Positions 56,437 to 64,000 of a stretch of DNA of 64,000 bases are shown here, in pieces. Location of the stretch: contig JALOTF010000003.1 of the NCBI GenBank assembly GCA_025458025.1, positions 12,161 through 76,160 on the forward strand. Direction: 5' to 3'. The notes beneath the pieces were generated by a model, which did not search any database, was not told the origin of the DNA, and saw only the letters and a list, made by a program, of their open reading frames with translations. Numbering within the stretch: the stretch's first letter is position 1; each line of letters starts with the position of its first letter. The position numbers and the translations under genes were made by a program. The DNA comes from Beijerinckiaceae bacterium (lineage in GTDB: Bacteria > Pseudomonadota > Alphaproteobacteria > Rhizobiales > Beijerinckiaceae).

Positions 56437-57582
56437 TCAGCCCCGCATGCCGCCATCAATGAATGCACGCAGGTCATCGAGACTACGGAAGCGGCGATCC
56501 ACGCCCTCGCCCTTCGCGGTCACAGAGCCATCGGAATACATGGTGAAACGCGTGCCGCCGCTATCATAGGCGCCCACGACATCCAGCGTTTCCAGCGGCG
56601 CGAGATCGGCCTCGGCCTCCGAGAGTGCTGCGAGATCCTCATCGTGGATGAGGCCGGGCGTGTGCGAGGCTGGCTCTGGCGGAAGGGGCTCGGGTGCCGG
56701 CTGAGGCTCCGGCTCTGGCATGGGCTCGATGGCAGGCCGGGATTCCGGCTCGGCCATTGCGGGCGCAGCGAGCGTGTCATCCACGTCGTCATCATGATGC
56801 GCAGCGTCCTCGATCGCCCGGATTTCAGCATCGGACGGTGCAGCATCCGGCAAGCCGAAGCTCGGCAGCGGCGGCAAGGGCGGCAGAACGAGATCATCGT
56901 CATCGCCGGTATCTGCTGCGACTTCACGCGCGGGCGCGGGAAGCGCGGAATCCTCCGGCTCGCCCAGAATGACATTCTCCACGGGCGGCACGTCAGCATG
57001 AACCGCCTCAGGCGCGGCGGGTTCCGGGAGAGTGGCATGCTCGGCGCGCAAATCCTCGCGCCGAGGCTCGATCACCGGTTCGACCACGGCGAGAGTTGGT
57101 TGTGGTGCAGGCGCCCGAAGATCGGCGAAGAGATCGCGCTCGAAATCATCCATCAGCCGCGATTCCGGTTGCGATTCGGCGGATGGACGCAACGCACCGC
57201 CGAGAACCGCACCAGCCGCCGCGCCTGCCACCGCACCGGCGAGAACGGGCGCCATCGGCCGTACCGGCGCGACAGGTTCAGGCGTCGAGAGCATCGGCTC
57301 CGGCACAATCGGGGCAACGGTGGGCGCGATGGTCGGCGGGTCTTTGCGCGGGGCAGGCTCCACCGCAGGCATGGCCATGGCAGGCTCCAGTGCCTGGATT
57401 TCACGGATAATCCGCTGCCCCACGACGCCAAAACCGGTCAGCAGCCCGGCAGTCGAGAACAGGACGCTCGCCGCGACGAGGTAGCTGTTGCCAAGATCGG
57501 TGGGGATCAGCATCAGGGCCTGCCATGCGGCCCAGAGCGCCAGCAGGACAAACATTCCGGCCGCCCCGTAGATGACCTTCAT
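56437..57582 (-). CDS. Membrane-anchored protein with long acidic Pro/Ala-rich region and small C-terminal domain
   Basis: Two N-terminal TM segments, PEPEPQPAPEP-type low complexity, C-terminal VGAYDSGGTRFTMYSDGSV...FRSLDDLRAFI. Confidence 0.75.
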   Translation of the reverse strand: MKVIYGAAGMFVLLALWAAWQALMLIPTDLGNSYLVAASVLFSTAGLLTGFGVVGQRIIREIQALEPAMAMPAVEPAPRKDPPTIAPTVAPIVPEPMLSTPEPVAPVRPMAPVLAGAVAGAAAGAVLGGALRPSAESQPESRLMDDFERDLFADLRAPAPQPTLAVVEPVIEPRREDLRAEHATLPEPAAPEAVHADVPPVENVILGEPEDSALPAPAREVAADTGDDDDLVLPPLPPLPSFGLPDAAPSDAEIRAIEDAAHHDDDVDDTLAAPAMAEPESRPAIEPMPEPEPQPAPEPLPPEPASHTPGLIHDEDLAALSEAEADLAPLETLDVVGAYDSGGTRFTMYSDGSVTAKGEGVDRRFRSLDDLRAFIDGGMRG

Positions 57583-57796
57583 GATGTTGCTCTCCTGCTC
57601 ACGCGCGTCACATTGAAAAATCAGGCTAATTTCCGCCATCAGCGTAAACAATTCCTTGCGGAACGCAAAATGGACGCAGGAAAGCCTGCCCGCGTGCATT
57701 GCCATGGCGCGCAGCGGGGCCTATTTCTCCCATCGTCTGGCGCTTTCGCCGGTGCATCCGCCGCGCCTCGCGGCCCGTCATTCCAGAGGTTTTTCC

Positions 57797-58396
57797 ATGT
57801 CCTTCACGCTGCCGGATCTTCCCTACGCGCATGATGCGCTCCAGCCCTACATGTCGAAGGAGACGCTCGAATATCATCACGACAAGCATCACCTTGCTTA
57901 CGTGAACAACGGCAACAACCTGCTGAAGGGCTCCGAATTCGAGGGCAAGAGCCTCGAGGAGATCGTTATCGGCTCCCATGGCAAGAATGCCGGCCTCTTC
58001 AACAACGCAGGCCAGCACTACAACCACATCCATTTCTGGAAGTGGATGAAGCCGAATGGCGGCGGCAAGATCCCCGGCAACCTCGAAAAGAAGATCATCG
58101 AAGATCTTGGCTCCGTCGAGAAGATGAAGGAAGATTTCATCCAGGCCGGTGTCACGCAGTTCGGCTCGGGCTGGAACTGGCTCGCCGTCAAGGACGGCAA
58201 GATCGTCGTGATGAAGTCCCCCAACGGTGAAAGCCCGCTGGTGATGGGTGCGAAGCCGATCCTCGGCTGCGATGTGTGGGAGCATTCCTACTACATCGAT
58301 TACCGCAACCGTCGCCCGGATTACCTCAAGGCCTTCGTCGAGCATCTCGTGAACTGGGAATACGTGGCCGAGATGTACGAGGCGGCGATCAAGTAA
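57797..58396 (+). CDS. sodB: Fe/Mn superoxide dismutase (Fe-type features)
   Basis: LPDLPYAHDAL, EYHHDKHH, FNNAGQHYNH and DVWEHSYY. Confidence 0.93.
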   Translation: MSFTLPDLPYAHDALQPYMSKETLEYHHDKHHLAYVNNGNNLLKGSEFEGKSLEEIVIGSHGKNAGLFNNAGQHYNHIHFWKWMKPNGGGKIPGNLEKKIIEDLGSVEKMKEDFIQAGVTQFGSGWNWLAVKDGKIVVMKSPNGESPLVMGAKPILGCDVWEHSYYIDYRNRRPDYLKAFVEHLVNWEYVAEMYEAAIK

Positions 58397-58420
58397 GCCG
58401 CTCCATCCGCGCAAAAACAC

Positions 58421-58447
58421 AAAACGCCGGGGAGACCCGGCGTTTTT
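58421..58447. terminator. Bidirectional Rho-independent terminator
   Basis: AAAACGCCGGG-gaga-CCCGGCGTTTT between convergent genes. Confidence 0.85.
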
Positions 58448-58478
58448 CATGTCTTTTGCAGGACAATAGGCCCGGCTA

Positions 58479-58967
58479 TCAGCGCGGATACAGCGCCTCG
58501 TAGCCGTCAATGACGATTTCCTTGCCGCCCCAGCTGATGTTGCAGCGCCCGGCTACGACCTTGCCGGGATGGACACCCCCGCGATAGGGCGCGCGGCAGA
58601 TGCGGTATTTGTCGTTGCCCGAACCGCCGCCGACATAGGCCCGGTCGAGATCGCCGAATGGCCGCCGCCAGACACCATAGCCGGTGAGAACCTGGTATTG
58701 CCGGGTCACGATTTCCGCGCCACCCCAGCCGAAATGACACATATCGACATGGACCTTGCCCGAGTGCCAGCCGCCCCGGTGCTGGGCGCGGCAGATATAG
58801 AGCACGCGATTATCGCCGTTATCCCCGCCGAGAATGGCTCCACCCACCGGCGGCTGGCCGGTGGTGCGGTTCACCCAGCGCGCGGGCGAATTCTGAGCAT
58901 GGGCCGCGAGAGTGCTCGCAACAAAGGCTGCGGCGACGAGCGCGGCGATCCGGCGGTTCTGTCCCAT
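58479..58967 (-). CDS. Secreted DM9-repeat (DUF3421) protein
   Basis: Signal peptide plus two repeats: YICRAQHRGGWHSGKV...CHFGWGGAE...YQVL and ICRAPYRGGVHPGKV...CNISWGGKE...YEAL. Confidence 0.8.
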   Translation of the reverse strand: MGQNRRIAALVAAAFVASTLAAHAQNSPARWVNRTTGQPPVGGAILGGDNGDNRVLYICRAQHRGGWHSGKVHVDMCHFGWGGAEIVTRQYQVLTGYGVWRRPFGDLDRAYVGGGSGNDKYRICRAPYRGGVHPGKVVAGRCNISWGGKEIVIDGYEALYPR

Positions 58968-58977
58968 CCGGCAGGGC

Positions 58978-59199
58978 TCAGTGGCCGTGCGCGTCTTCGT
59001 TGATGGTCACGGTCGGCATGTTGGAGAAATCCACCGCGACCGGGGTCTTCGCCTTGATGAGCTGGCTCTGATAGGTGCGGATGACATGCTCGAGGCGGCG
59101 GAAGGCTTCCTCGTAGGCGGTCGAGCCCTTCTGGTCCTCGAAAGGCTTGAGGCAGAAGGTGATGATTTCGCGCGGACGCTCGAAGCTGGAATTGGACAT
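58978..59199 (-). CDS. Small hypothetical protein
   Basis: 73 aa with normal composition, purine-rich RBS upstream, in line with neighbours. Confidence 0.6.
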   Translation of the reverse strand: MSNSSFERPREIITFCLKPFEDQKGSTAYEEAFRRLEHVIRTYQSQLIKAKTPVAVDFSNMPTVTINEDAHGH

Positions 59200-59286
59200 G
59201 GTGGCCTTCCCCGTTCCCTGTGTTGTGCAACCGTTGTGCAGCGCAGGTGCGTCCGCGTCAATCCGCCCTCCGTTGAGGGCCGGCCT

Positions 59287-59634
59287 CTATCCGCGAAAAA
59301 CGAACCACGCGCCGGTGCAGATGAAGGCGAAGCCGATCAGATGGTTCATCGTCAGCTTCTCGCCGAGATAAACCACGGAGAAGCCAGCGAAAACCAGCAG
59401 GGTGATTACCTCCTGAATGGTTTTCAGCTCGGCCGCCGAGTAAACTTGATGACCCATCCGATTGGCCGGCACGGCGAGGCAATACTCGACGAAGGCGATA
59501 CCCCAGCTCACGAGGATCACGATCGGCAGGGCCGTTTCCTTGAACTTCAGGTGGCCATACCAGGCGAGCGTCATGAAGACGTTGGAGGCCAGCAGCAAGG
59601 CAATCGGCATCCAGTGCGCGGAAGTCAGCGACAT
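59287..59634 (-). CDS. DMT family small membrane protein (DUF486-like)
   Basis: SNVFMTLAWYGHLK, SWGIAFVEY, PANRMG and LKTIQEVIT; four TM segments. Confidence 0.88.
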   Translation of the reverse strand: MSLTSAHWMPIALLLASNVFMTLAWYGHLKFKETALPIVILVSWGIAFVEYCLAVPANRMGHQVYSAAELKTIQEVITLLVFAGFSVVYLGEKLTMNHLIGFAFICTGAWFVFRG

Positions 59635-59646
59635 CGGTTGAAACCT

Positions 59647-60495
59647 TCAGAGTTCGGAGAAGCGCGCGGGGCGCATGCCCGCTGCCGCGCAGATCTCGTC
59701 GAGGCGCGGCGAGAGGAAGAAGCCCATCTCGGTTTCACGGCTGCCCGTAGCGGGGTCGAGGCCGCGCAACTCGTCATCGACGAAGCCGGGATGGCACATG
59801 ATGAGCGGCCTTGGCCCGCATGCCACGAGGTAGCGCGCGAAATCGCCGGCATAATCGCCATTGGCCTCGAACCGGGAATAGCCGGAAAAGCCCTGATTAA
59901 GATCGAAGCCAAGGCTGCGCATGCGTGCGCCGAAGGGCCGCGCGAGGCTCGCGAGCAGCATCGCCTTCGCGCCATGCCGCTTGCGGGCGCGGATGGCCGC
60001 CACCGCATCGGTAGGGTCACGCAGATAGGGTTTCACGCCGGGAAAACGGCGCGGCAGCACCTCTGCCAGCACGCGACGCACACCGGGAAGAGCGTGAACA
60101 TGCTGGTGGCCATCGATGAAATCCGGCGAGCGCCCCATGGCCTGCTCGAAGGCATCGATCTGCGCTTCAAGCTCGGCCGCGATTTCCCCGGCGGGCAGGC
60201 TGCCCATCACACCGGCCCGGAGGATGACTGGCAGCTTCGGCAAGGCCCCGGCGGGCGCGAGGCGGCTCATGCGCGTCAGCGGCGCTCCGCAGGTGAGGTT
60301 GAAATGCAACCCGAGATCCGCCACGCCCGAAAACTGGCCGAAAGCCGCGGCATTGCTGCGCCAATGCGGGCGGTTCGTCATCGCCCCCGCCGCCGTAATG
60401 CGCCCGACTTCCAGCAGGTCGATGATCCCGGCGCTCACGCCAGGTGTTAGCGCGAAATCATCGGCGGTCAGCACGAAACGGGTGGGTTCAGGCAT
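59647..60495 (-). CDS. YdjC/ChbG/HpnK family carbohydrate deacetylase
   Basis: TADDFA, GLHFNLT, PDFIDGHQHVH and IMCHPG. Confidence 0.9.
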   Translation of the reverse strand: MPEPTRFVLTADDFALTPGVSAGIIDLLEVGRITAAGAMTNRPHWRSNAAAFGQFSGVADLGLHFNLTCGAPLTRMSRLAPAGALPKLPVILRAGVMGSLPAGEIAAELEAQIDAFEQAMGRSPDFIDGHQHVHALPGVRRVLAEVLPRRFPGVKPYLRDPTDAVAAIRARKRHGAKAMLLASLARPFGARMRSLGFDLNQGFSGYSRFEANGDYAGDFARYLVACGPRPLIMCHPGFVDDELRGLDPATGSRETEMGFFLSPRLDEICAAAGMRPARFSEL

Positions 60496-60638
60496 TGGGG
60501 TTCCATTCATGCACCAGGCGCTATCCACCGGCAATTCGGTTTTGGACCCAGCGACAAGGGCTTCACCTTATGGCTCAGATCGTTCAGAAACAGAACGGGG
60601 GAGCGGCGTGGAAACACACCGCGAGGGAGAAGGATGCC

Positions 60639-61685
60639 ATGAGCCACACGCGTGTTCCGGGAGCGGCCCACTGGCCTGCCGCAGCCTCGCGGCCTGAACT
60701 CAGCGTCATTGTGCCCGCCTTCAACGAGGGCGAGAATATCGATGCGCTGATCGGCAAGCTGGTGCCGGTGCTGGAGGAATGCGTCGCCTCGTTCGAAATC
60801 CTCTTCGTGGATGACGGCTCTTCGGATGACACGCTCGACCGCATCACCCGCTTTGCCGAGGCCGATTCACGCATCCGCGCCCTGCGCTTCAGCCGCAATT
60901 TCGGCAAGGAAATCGCGCTGGCCGCCGGCCTCGACCATGCCGAGGGCGATGCCGTGGCACTGATCGATGCCGATCTCCAGCATCCGCCGGAAATCCTGAA
61001 GACCTTCGTGGCGCGTTGGCGCGAGGGCTACGAGATGGTCTATGGCCAGCGGATCGACCGCTCGACCGATGGCCCCTTCCGCCGCTGGCTCACCGAGCGA
61101 TTCTATCGCCTCTTCCGCAAATTCGGTGAAATCCCCCTGCCCGAAGGCGCGGGCGATTTCCGCCTGATGGATCGCAAGGTGGTGATGGCCCTGCGCAAAT
61201 TGGGCGAGCGCGCGCGCTTCTCCAAGGGCCTGTACGCCTGGGTGGGCTTCCGCTCCGTTGGTGTGCCCTTCGAGGTGCAGGAGCGTCTGCATGGCACCTC
61301 GAAATGGGGCCTGCAGAAGCTCACGCGCTTTGCCTTTGATGGGCTGTCGTCCTTCTCCACCCTGCCGCTGAAGCTCGCGACCTATCTTGGTGTCGGCATC
61401 TCGATCTTCGCGATCACCTATGCGCTGGCGATCGCGCTTCGTACCCTGGTCTGGGGTTCCGATGTGCCGGGATTCCCGACGCTGGTGATCTCGGTGATGT
61501 TCTTCTCGGGCATCCAGCTCGTGTTTCTCGGCATTATCGGGGAATATATCGGCCGCATCTTCGCGGAGGTGAAGCGCCGGCCGCTCTACATCGTGGCCGA
61601 GGAAATTGGCGGCGAGCCGACAGAGCAGGCCGAGGCGACGCCCGTGCCGATCCGCGCCACGCCGCGAGCCCGCGCCAATCCATGA
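60639..61685 (+). CDS. GT2 polyprenyl-phosphate glycosyltransferase (GtrB/ArnC-like)
   Basis: SVIVPAFNE, VDDGSSD, SRNFGKE, DADLQHPP, GDFRLMDR and two C-terminal TM segments. Confidence 0.9.
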   Translation: MSHTRVPGAAHWPAAASRPELSVIVPAFNEGENIDALIGKLVPVLEECVASFEILFVDDGSSDDTLDRITRFAEADSRIRALRFSRNFGKEIALAAGLDHAEGDAVALIDADLQHPPEILKTFVARWREGYEMVYGQRIDRSTDGPFRRWLTERFYRLFRKFGEIPLPEGAGDFRLMDRKVVMALRKLGERARFSKGLYAWVGFRSVGVPFEVQERLHGTSKWGLQKLTRFAFDGLSSFSTLPLKLATYLGVGISIFAITYALAIALRTLVWGSDVPGFPTLVISVMFFSGIQLVFLGIIGEYIGRIFAEVKRRPLYIVAEEIGGEPTEQAEATPVPIRATPRARANP

Positions 61686-63199
61686 TCCGGGCTTTCGTTT
61701 CCGTCAGCCTCTGGACCCTGCTTTCACGTGTCACCGGTTTTGTGAGGGACATCCTTCTTGCCCGCCTGCTGGGTGCCGGGCTGATGATGGATGCCTTCGC
61801 GGTGGCCTTCCGCCTCCCCAACCATTTCCGCGCAATCTTCGGCGAAGGTGCGTTTTCCTCGGCTTTCGTGCCGGCTTACACCCGCATTCGTACACAGGCG
61901 GGTGATCTCGCGAGCCGCCGCTTTCAGGGCGAGATCCTCACGCTGATGCTCATCGCGCAGGGGCTGCTGCTGGCGCTGGTGCTCCTGTTCACGCCGGGTT
62001 TCATCCGCCTGCTCGCGCCGGGTTTCGCGGCCTCGGGGCAGGCGATGGGGCTCGCGGTGGAACTCACGCGCATCACCTTTCCCTATCTCGCGCTGGTGTC
62101 GCTGGTGGTGTTGTGGACGGGCGTTCTCAATGCCGAGAAGCGTTTCGTGGCCGGAGCCGCCGCGCCCGTGCTGCTCAATCTGGCGATGATCTCGACCCTG
62201 CTGCTTGCGGGGTTCTTCGCGAGCGGCGCGCATGCCGCGGCCTGGGGCGTGCTGCTCGCGGGCGTTCTGGAAGCGGGGCTGCTGATCATCGCGGCGATGC
62301 GCGCGGGGCTTCTCGCGCCGCCCGTCTGGCCGCGCTGGAATGGCGAACTCGCGCGCTTCTTCCGCGCTTTCGGGCCGGCTGTGATCGGCTCTGCCGGGGT
62401 GCAGATCGCGATGCTCGCCGATACGATCCTCGTGACCTTCCTGCCGGCGGGCGGGGCGTCCTCGCTCTATTATGCAGATCGGGTCTATCAGTTGCCCATC
62501 GGCGTGATCGGCGTTGCGGCGGGCACCGTGTTGCTGCCGGAAATGGCTAAGCGCCTCGCAGCGGGCGATGAAACCGGCGCGCACAAGGCGCAGAACCAGA
62601 GCCTTGCCATCTCGCTGATGCTCGCGATCCCTTTCACGGCGGCGTTTCTGGTCATCCCGCAGGAGATCATCCGCGGGTTCTTCGGCTATGGCGCATTTGG
62701 CGAGGATGCCGTGCGCGCTTCCGCCGCCGTGCTCGCCGCCTATGCCTGTGGCCTGCCGGCGGTGGTGGCCATCCGCTCGCTCGTCGCGAGTTTCCATGCG
62801 CGCGGCGACACGCGCACGCCGCTTTATGCCTCTCTGACCGCGATTGCGCTCAATCTCGGGCTGAAACTGCTGCTCTGGCGCGATTATGGCGCAGCGGGCC
62901 TCGCCTTCGCCACGGCTCTCGGCGCCATCGCCAATGCGCTGATCCTTGGCGCTCTCGCCATCCGCCAGAAGAAGGCGGGGCCGGATGCCGAGCTGGCCTT
63001 GCAGCTCGCGATCGCAGTGATCGGCACAATCTGGCTGATTGCGACCCTGCTGCTGGTGCGGGAATTTGCGGGCAGCGCCTTTGCGGCCCTACCCGCCTTC
63101 GCGAAGCTTGCAGTGCTCACGGCAGCGGGCATCGCGGCCTATGGCGGCATTCTGCTGTTCTGCGCGCGGCTCGCGAAACTCTCGCTGCGCTTCCGCTGA
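61682..63199 (+). CDS. murJ: Lipid II flippase MurJ/MviN
   Basis: SRVTGFVRD, FRLPNHFRAIFGEGAFS, YYADRVYQLPIG; overlaps the GT2 stop (ATGA). Confidence 0.9.
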   Translation: MIRAFVSVSLWTLLSRVTGFVRDILLARLLGAGLMMDAFAVAFRLPNHFRAIFGEGAFSSAFVPAYTRIRTQAGDLASRRFQGEILTLMLIAQGLLLALVLLFTPGFIRLLAPGFAASGQAMGLAVELTRITFPYLALVSLVVLWTGVLNAEKRFVAGAAAPVLLNLAMISTLLLAGFFASGAHAAAWGVLLAGVLEAGLLIIAAMRAGLLAPPVWPRWNGELARFFRAFGPAVIGSAGVQIAMLADTILVTFLPAGGASSLYYADRVYQLPIGVIGVAAGTVLLPEMAKRLAAGDETGAHKAQNQSLAISLMLAIPFTAAFLVIPQEIIRGFFGYGAFGEDAVRASAAVLAAYACGLPAVVAIRSLVASFHARGDTRTPLYASLTAIALNLGLKLLLWRDYGAAGLAFATALGAIANALILGALAIRQKKAGPDAELALQLAIAVIGTIWLIATLLLVREFAGSAFAALPAFAKLAVLTAAGIAAYGGILLFCARLAKLSLRFR

Positions 63200-63514
63200 T
63201 CAGGACCGGCGGCCGACCATCACCGGCGTGCAGCGCGCGAAACCGGGGCGCAGCGGATGGGACATGGCATGCTTGGCCAGCCAGTTTTCGCAAGATGCGA
63301 CATCACGGAAGCAGGCCTGGAACGATTTCCAGTCGACCACGCCATCCCGCACCGGGCGGCCACCGAGGTAGTTCCCGGCGATGACCAGGGTATCGCCAGC
63401 GAAATGGCGGGCGGAATGACAGGGAATGCCCACCGAAGGCGGCGTCCATGCCAAAGCTGGGGAGGCCGCGAGCAGGACGCCGAACAGGCCACCGGCCAGA
63501 GCAAGATTGCGCAT
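63200..63514 (-). CDS. Small secreted four-cysteine protein
   Basis: Signal peptide MRNLALAGGLFGVLLAASPALA; C...ACFRDVASCENW...C; RBS GGAGG. Confidence 0.7.
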   Translation of the reverse strand: MRNLALAGGLFGVLLAASPALAWTPPSVGIPCHSARHFAGDTLVIAGNYLGGRPVRDGVVDWKSFQACFRDVASCENWLAKHAMSHPLRPGFARCTPVMVGRRS

Positions 63515-63607
63515 GCATGCCTCCATAACGCCAGGAAATCCGGCCAGACTCGACCCTAAACCATTGATTCGGGCAAGGCCGAACCCGCCGCGCCGGATAG
63601 CCGAGAG

Positions 63608-63645
63608 TTGAATTGCAGACAAATTCAAAAAAACATATATATGTT
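63608..63645. promoter_or_regulatory. Two adjacent inverted repeats in a divergent AT-rich promoter
   Basis: TTGAATT-N7-AATTCAA (63608-63628) and perfect palindrome AACATATATATGTT (63632-63645). Confidence 0.55.
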
Positions 63646-63675
63646 GCCAATCAAGCCATCGGATGGAGAACGATC

Positions 63676-63885
63676 ATGGTTCGCAACATTGGAACAATCG
63701 ACCGCGCCTTGCGGATCATCGTCGGGCTGGTGCTCATCGCCTATGCCATTCCGCTGGGCTTCACCAAGACCGGCTGGAACTGGGTGGGCTGGATCGGCGT
63801 GGTGCCGCTGCTCACGGCCTTCCTCGGGAATTGCCCGGCCTATTCTATTCTTGGCGTCTCGACCTGCAAGATGAAGGGCCAGTGA
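63676..63885 (+). CDS. DUF2892 (YgaP-like) membrane protein
   Basis: NIGTIDRALRIIVGL, GWIGVVPLLTA and CPAYSILGVSTC. Confidence 0.9.
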   Translation: MVRNIGTIDRALRIIVGLVLIAYAIPLGFTKTGWNWVGWIGVVPLLTAFLGNCPAYSILGVSTCKMKGQ

Positions 63886-63977
63886 GCCCATCCGCTTCAG
63901 CGGATATGCGCGTGAAATATCACTGAAACAGATCGGGCCTATGCCGTCTCCTGTCGTGATGAACACAGGAGACGGAT

Positions 63978-64000
63978 CATGAAGCGTGCTCTTTTGGCTT
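63978..64000 (+). CDS. Start of an exported protein, truncated by window edge
   Basis: AGGAGA RBS then MKRALLA. Confidence 0.45.

Noticed and set aside
56640-57400. Pro-Glu/Pro-Ala runs as a DNA tandem repeat or CRISPR-like array
   Set aside because: Low-complexity protein coding only; no fixed-length nucleotide repeats with spacers.
9525-61292. Further long shadow ORFs over pepN, glnE, megatron, PBP1A, ptrB and others (e.g. 9525-10811, 15779-17218, 54001-55428, 56644-57834, 58912-60450)
   Set aside because: Same reason: they fully overlap recognised genes and have no independent evidence.
1-64000. tRNA, rRNA, riboswitch, IS element or CRISPR array
   Set aside because: None recognised by eye; intergenic gaps are short. 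tRNAscan-SE and Infernal/Rfam would be needed to exclude small RNAs.

Overview
High-GC chromosomal segment of an alphaproteobacterium of the Hyphomicrobiales (Rhizobiales) type, judged from gene content and synteny. No rRNA, tRNA, CRISPR array, integrase or transposase was seen. Left part: peptide ABC transporter, ArgE/DapE-type deacylase, TauE, tctBAC, an MFS transporter, pepN, a PleC-like kinase with a perfect CtrA box upstream, glnE, two two-component pairs and ccmIEFH. Centre (26250-41926, minus strand): an apparently intact RcGTA-type gene transfer agent head-tail cluster running from small terminase to megatron. It ends in an in-frame GH108 endolysin/holin-like fusion with an internal ribosome-binding site and contains an antisense secreted trypsin-like protease gene. 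About 9.5 kb to the right are a split GafA-type activator pair (gafY/gafZ-like, inferred), mucR, sufE and a DivJ-position kinase whose ATPase motifs are lost. Right part: msrB, ptrB (with an apparent in-frame repeat insertion), sodB, a DM9-repeat protein, a YdjC/GT2/DMT/MurJ envelope module and DUF2892. Family assignments come from motif recognition and recalled synteny; no searches were run. Many start codons were chosen by eye and differ from the ORF track.
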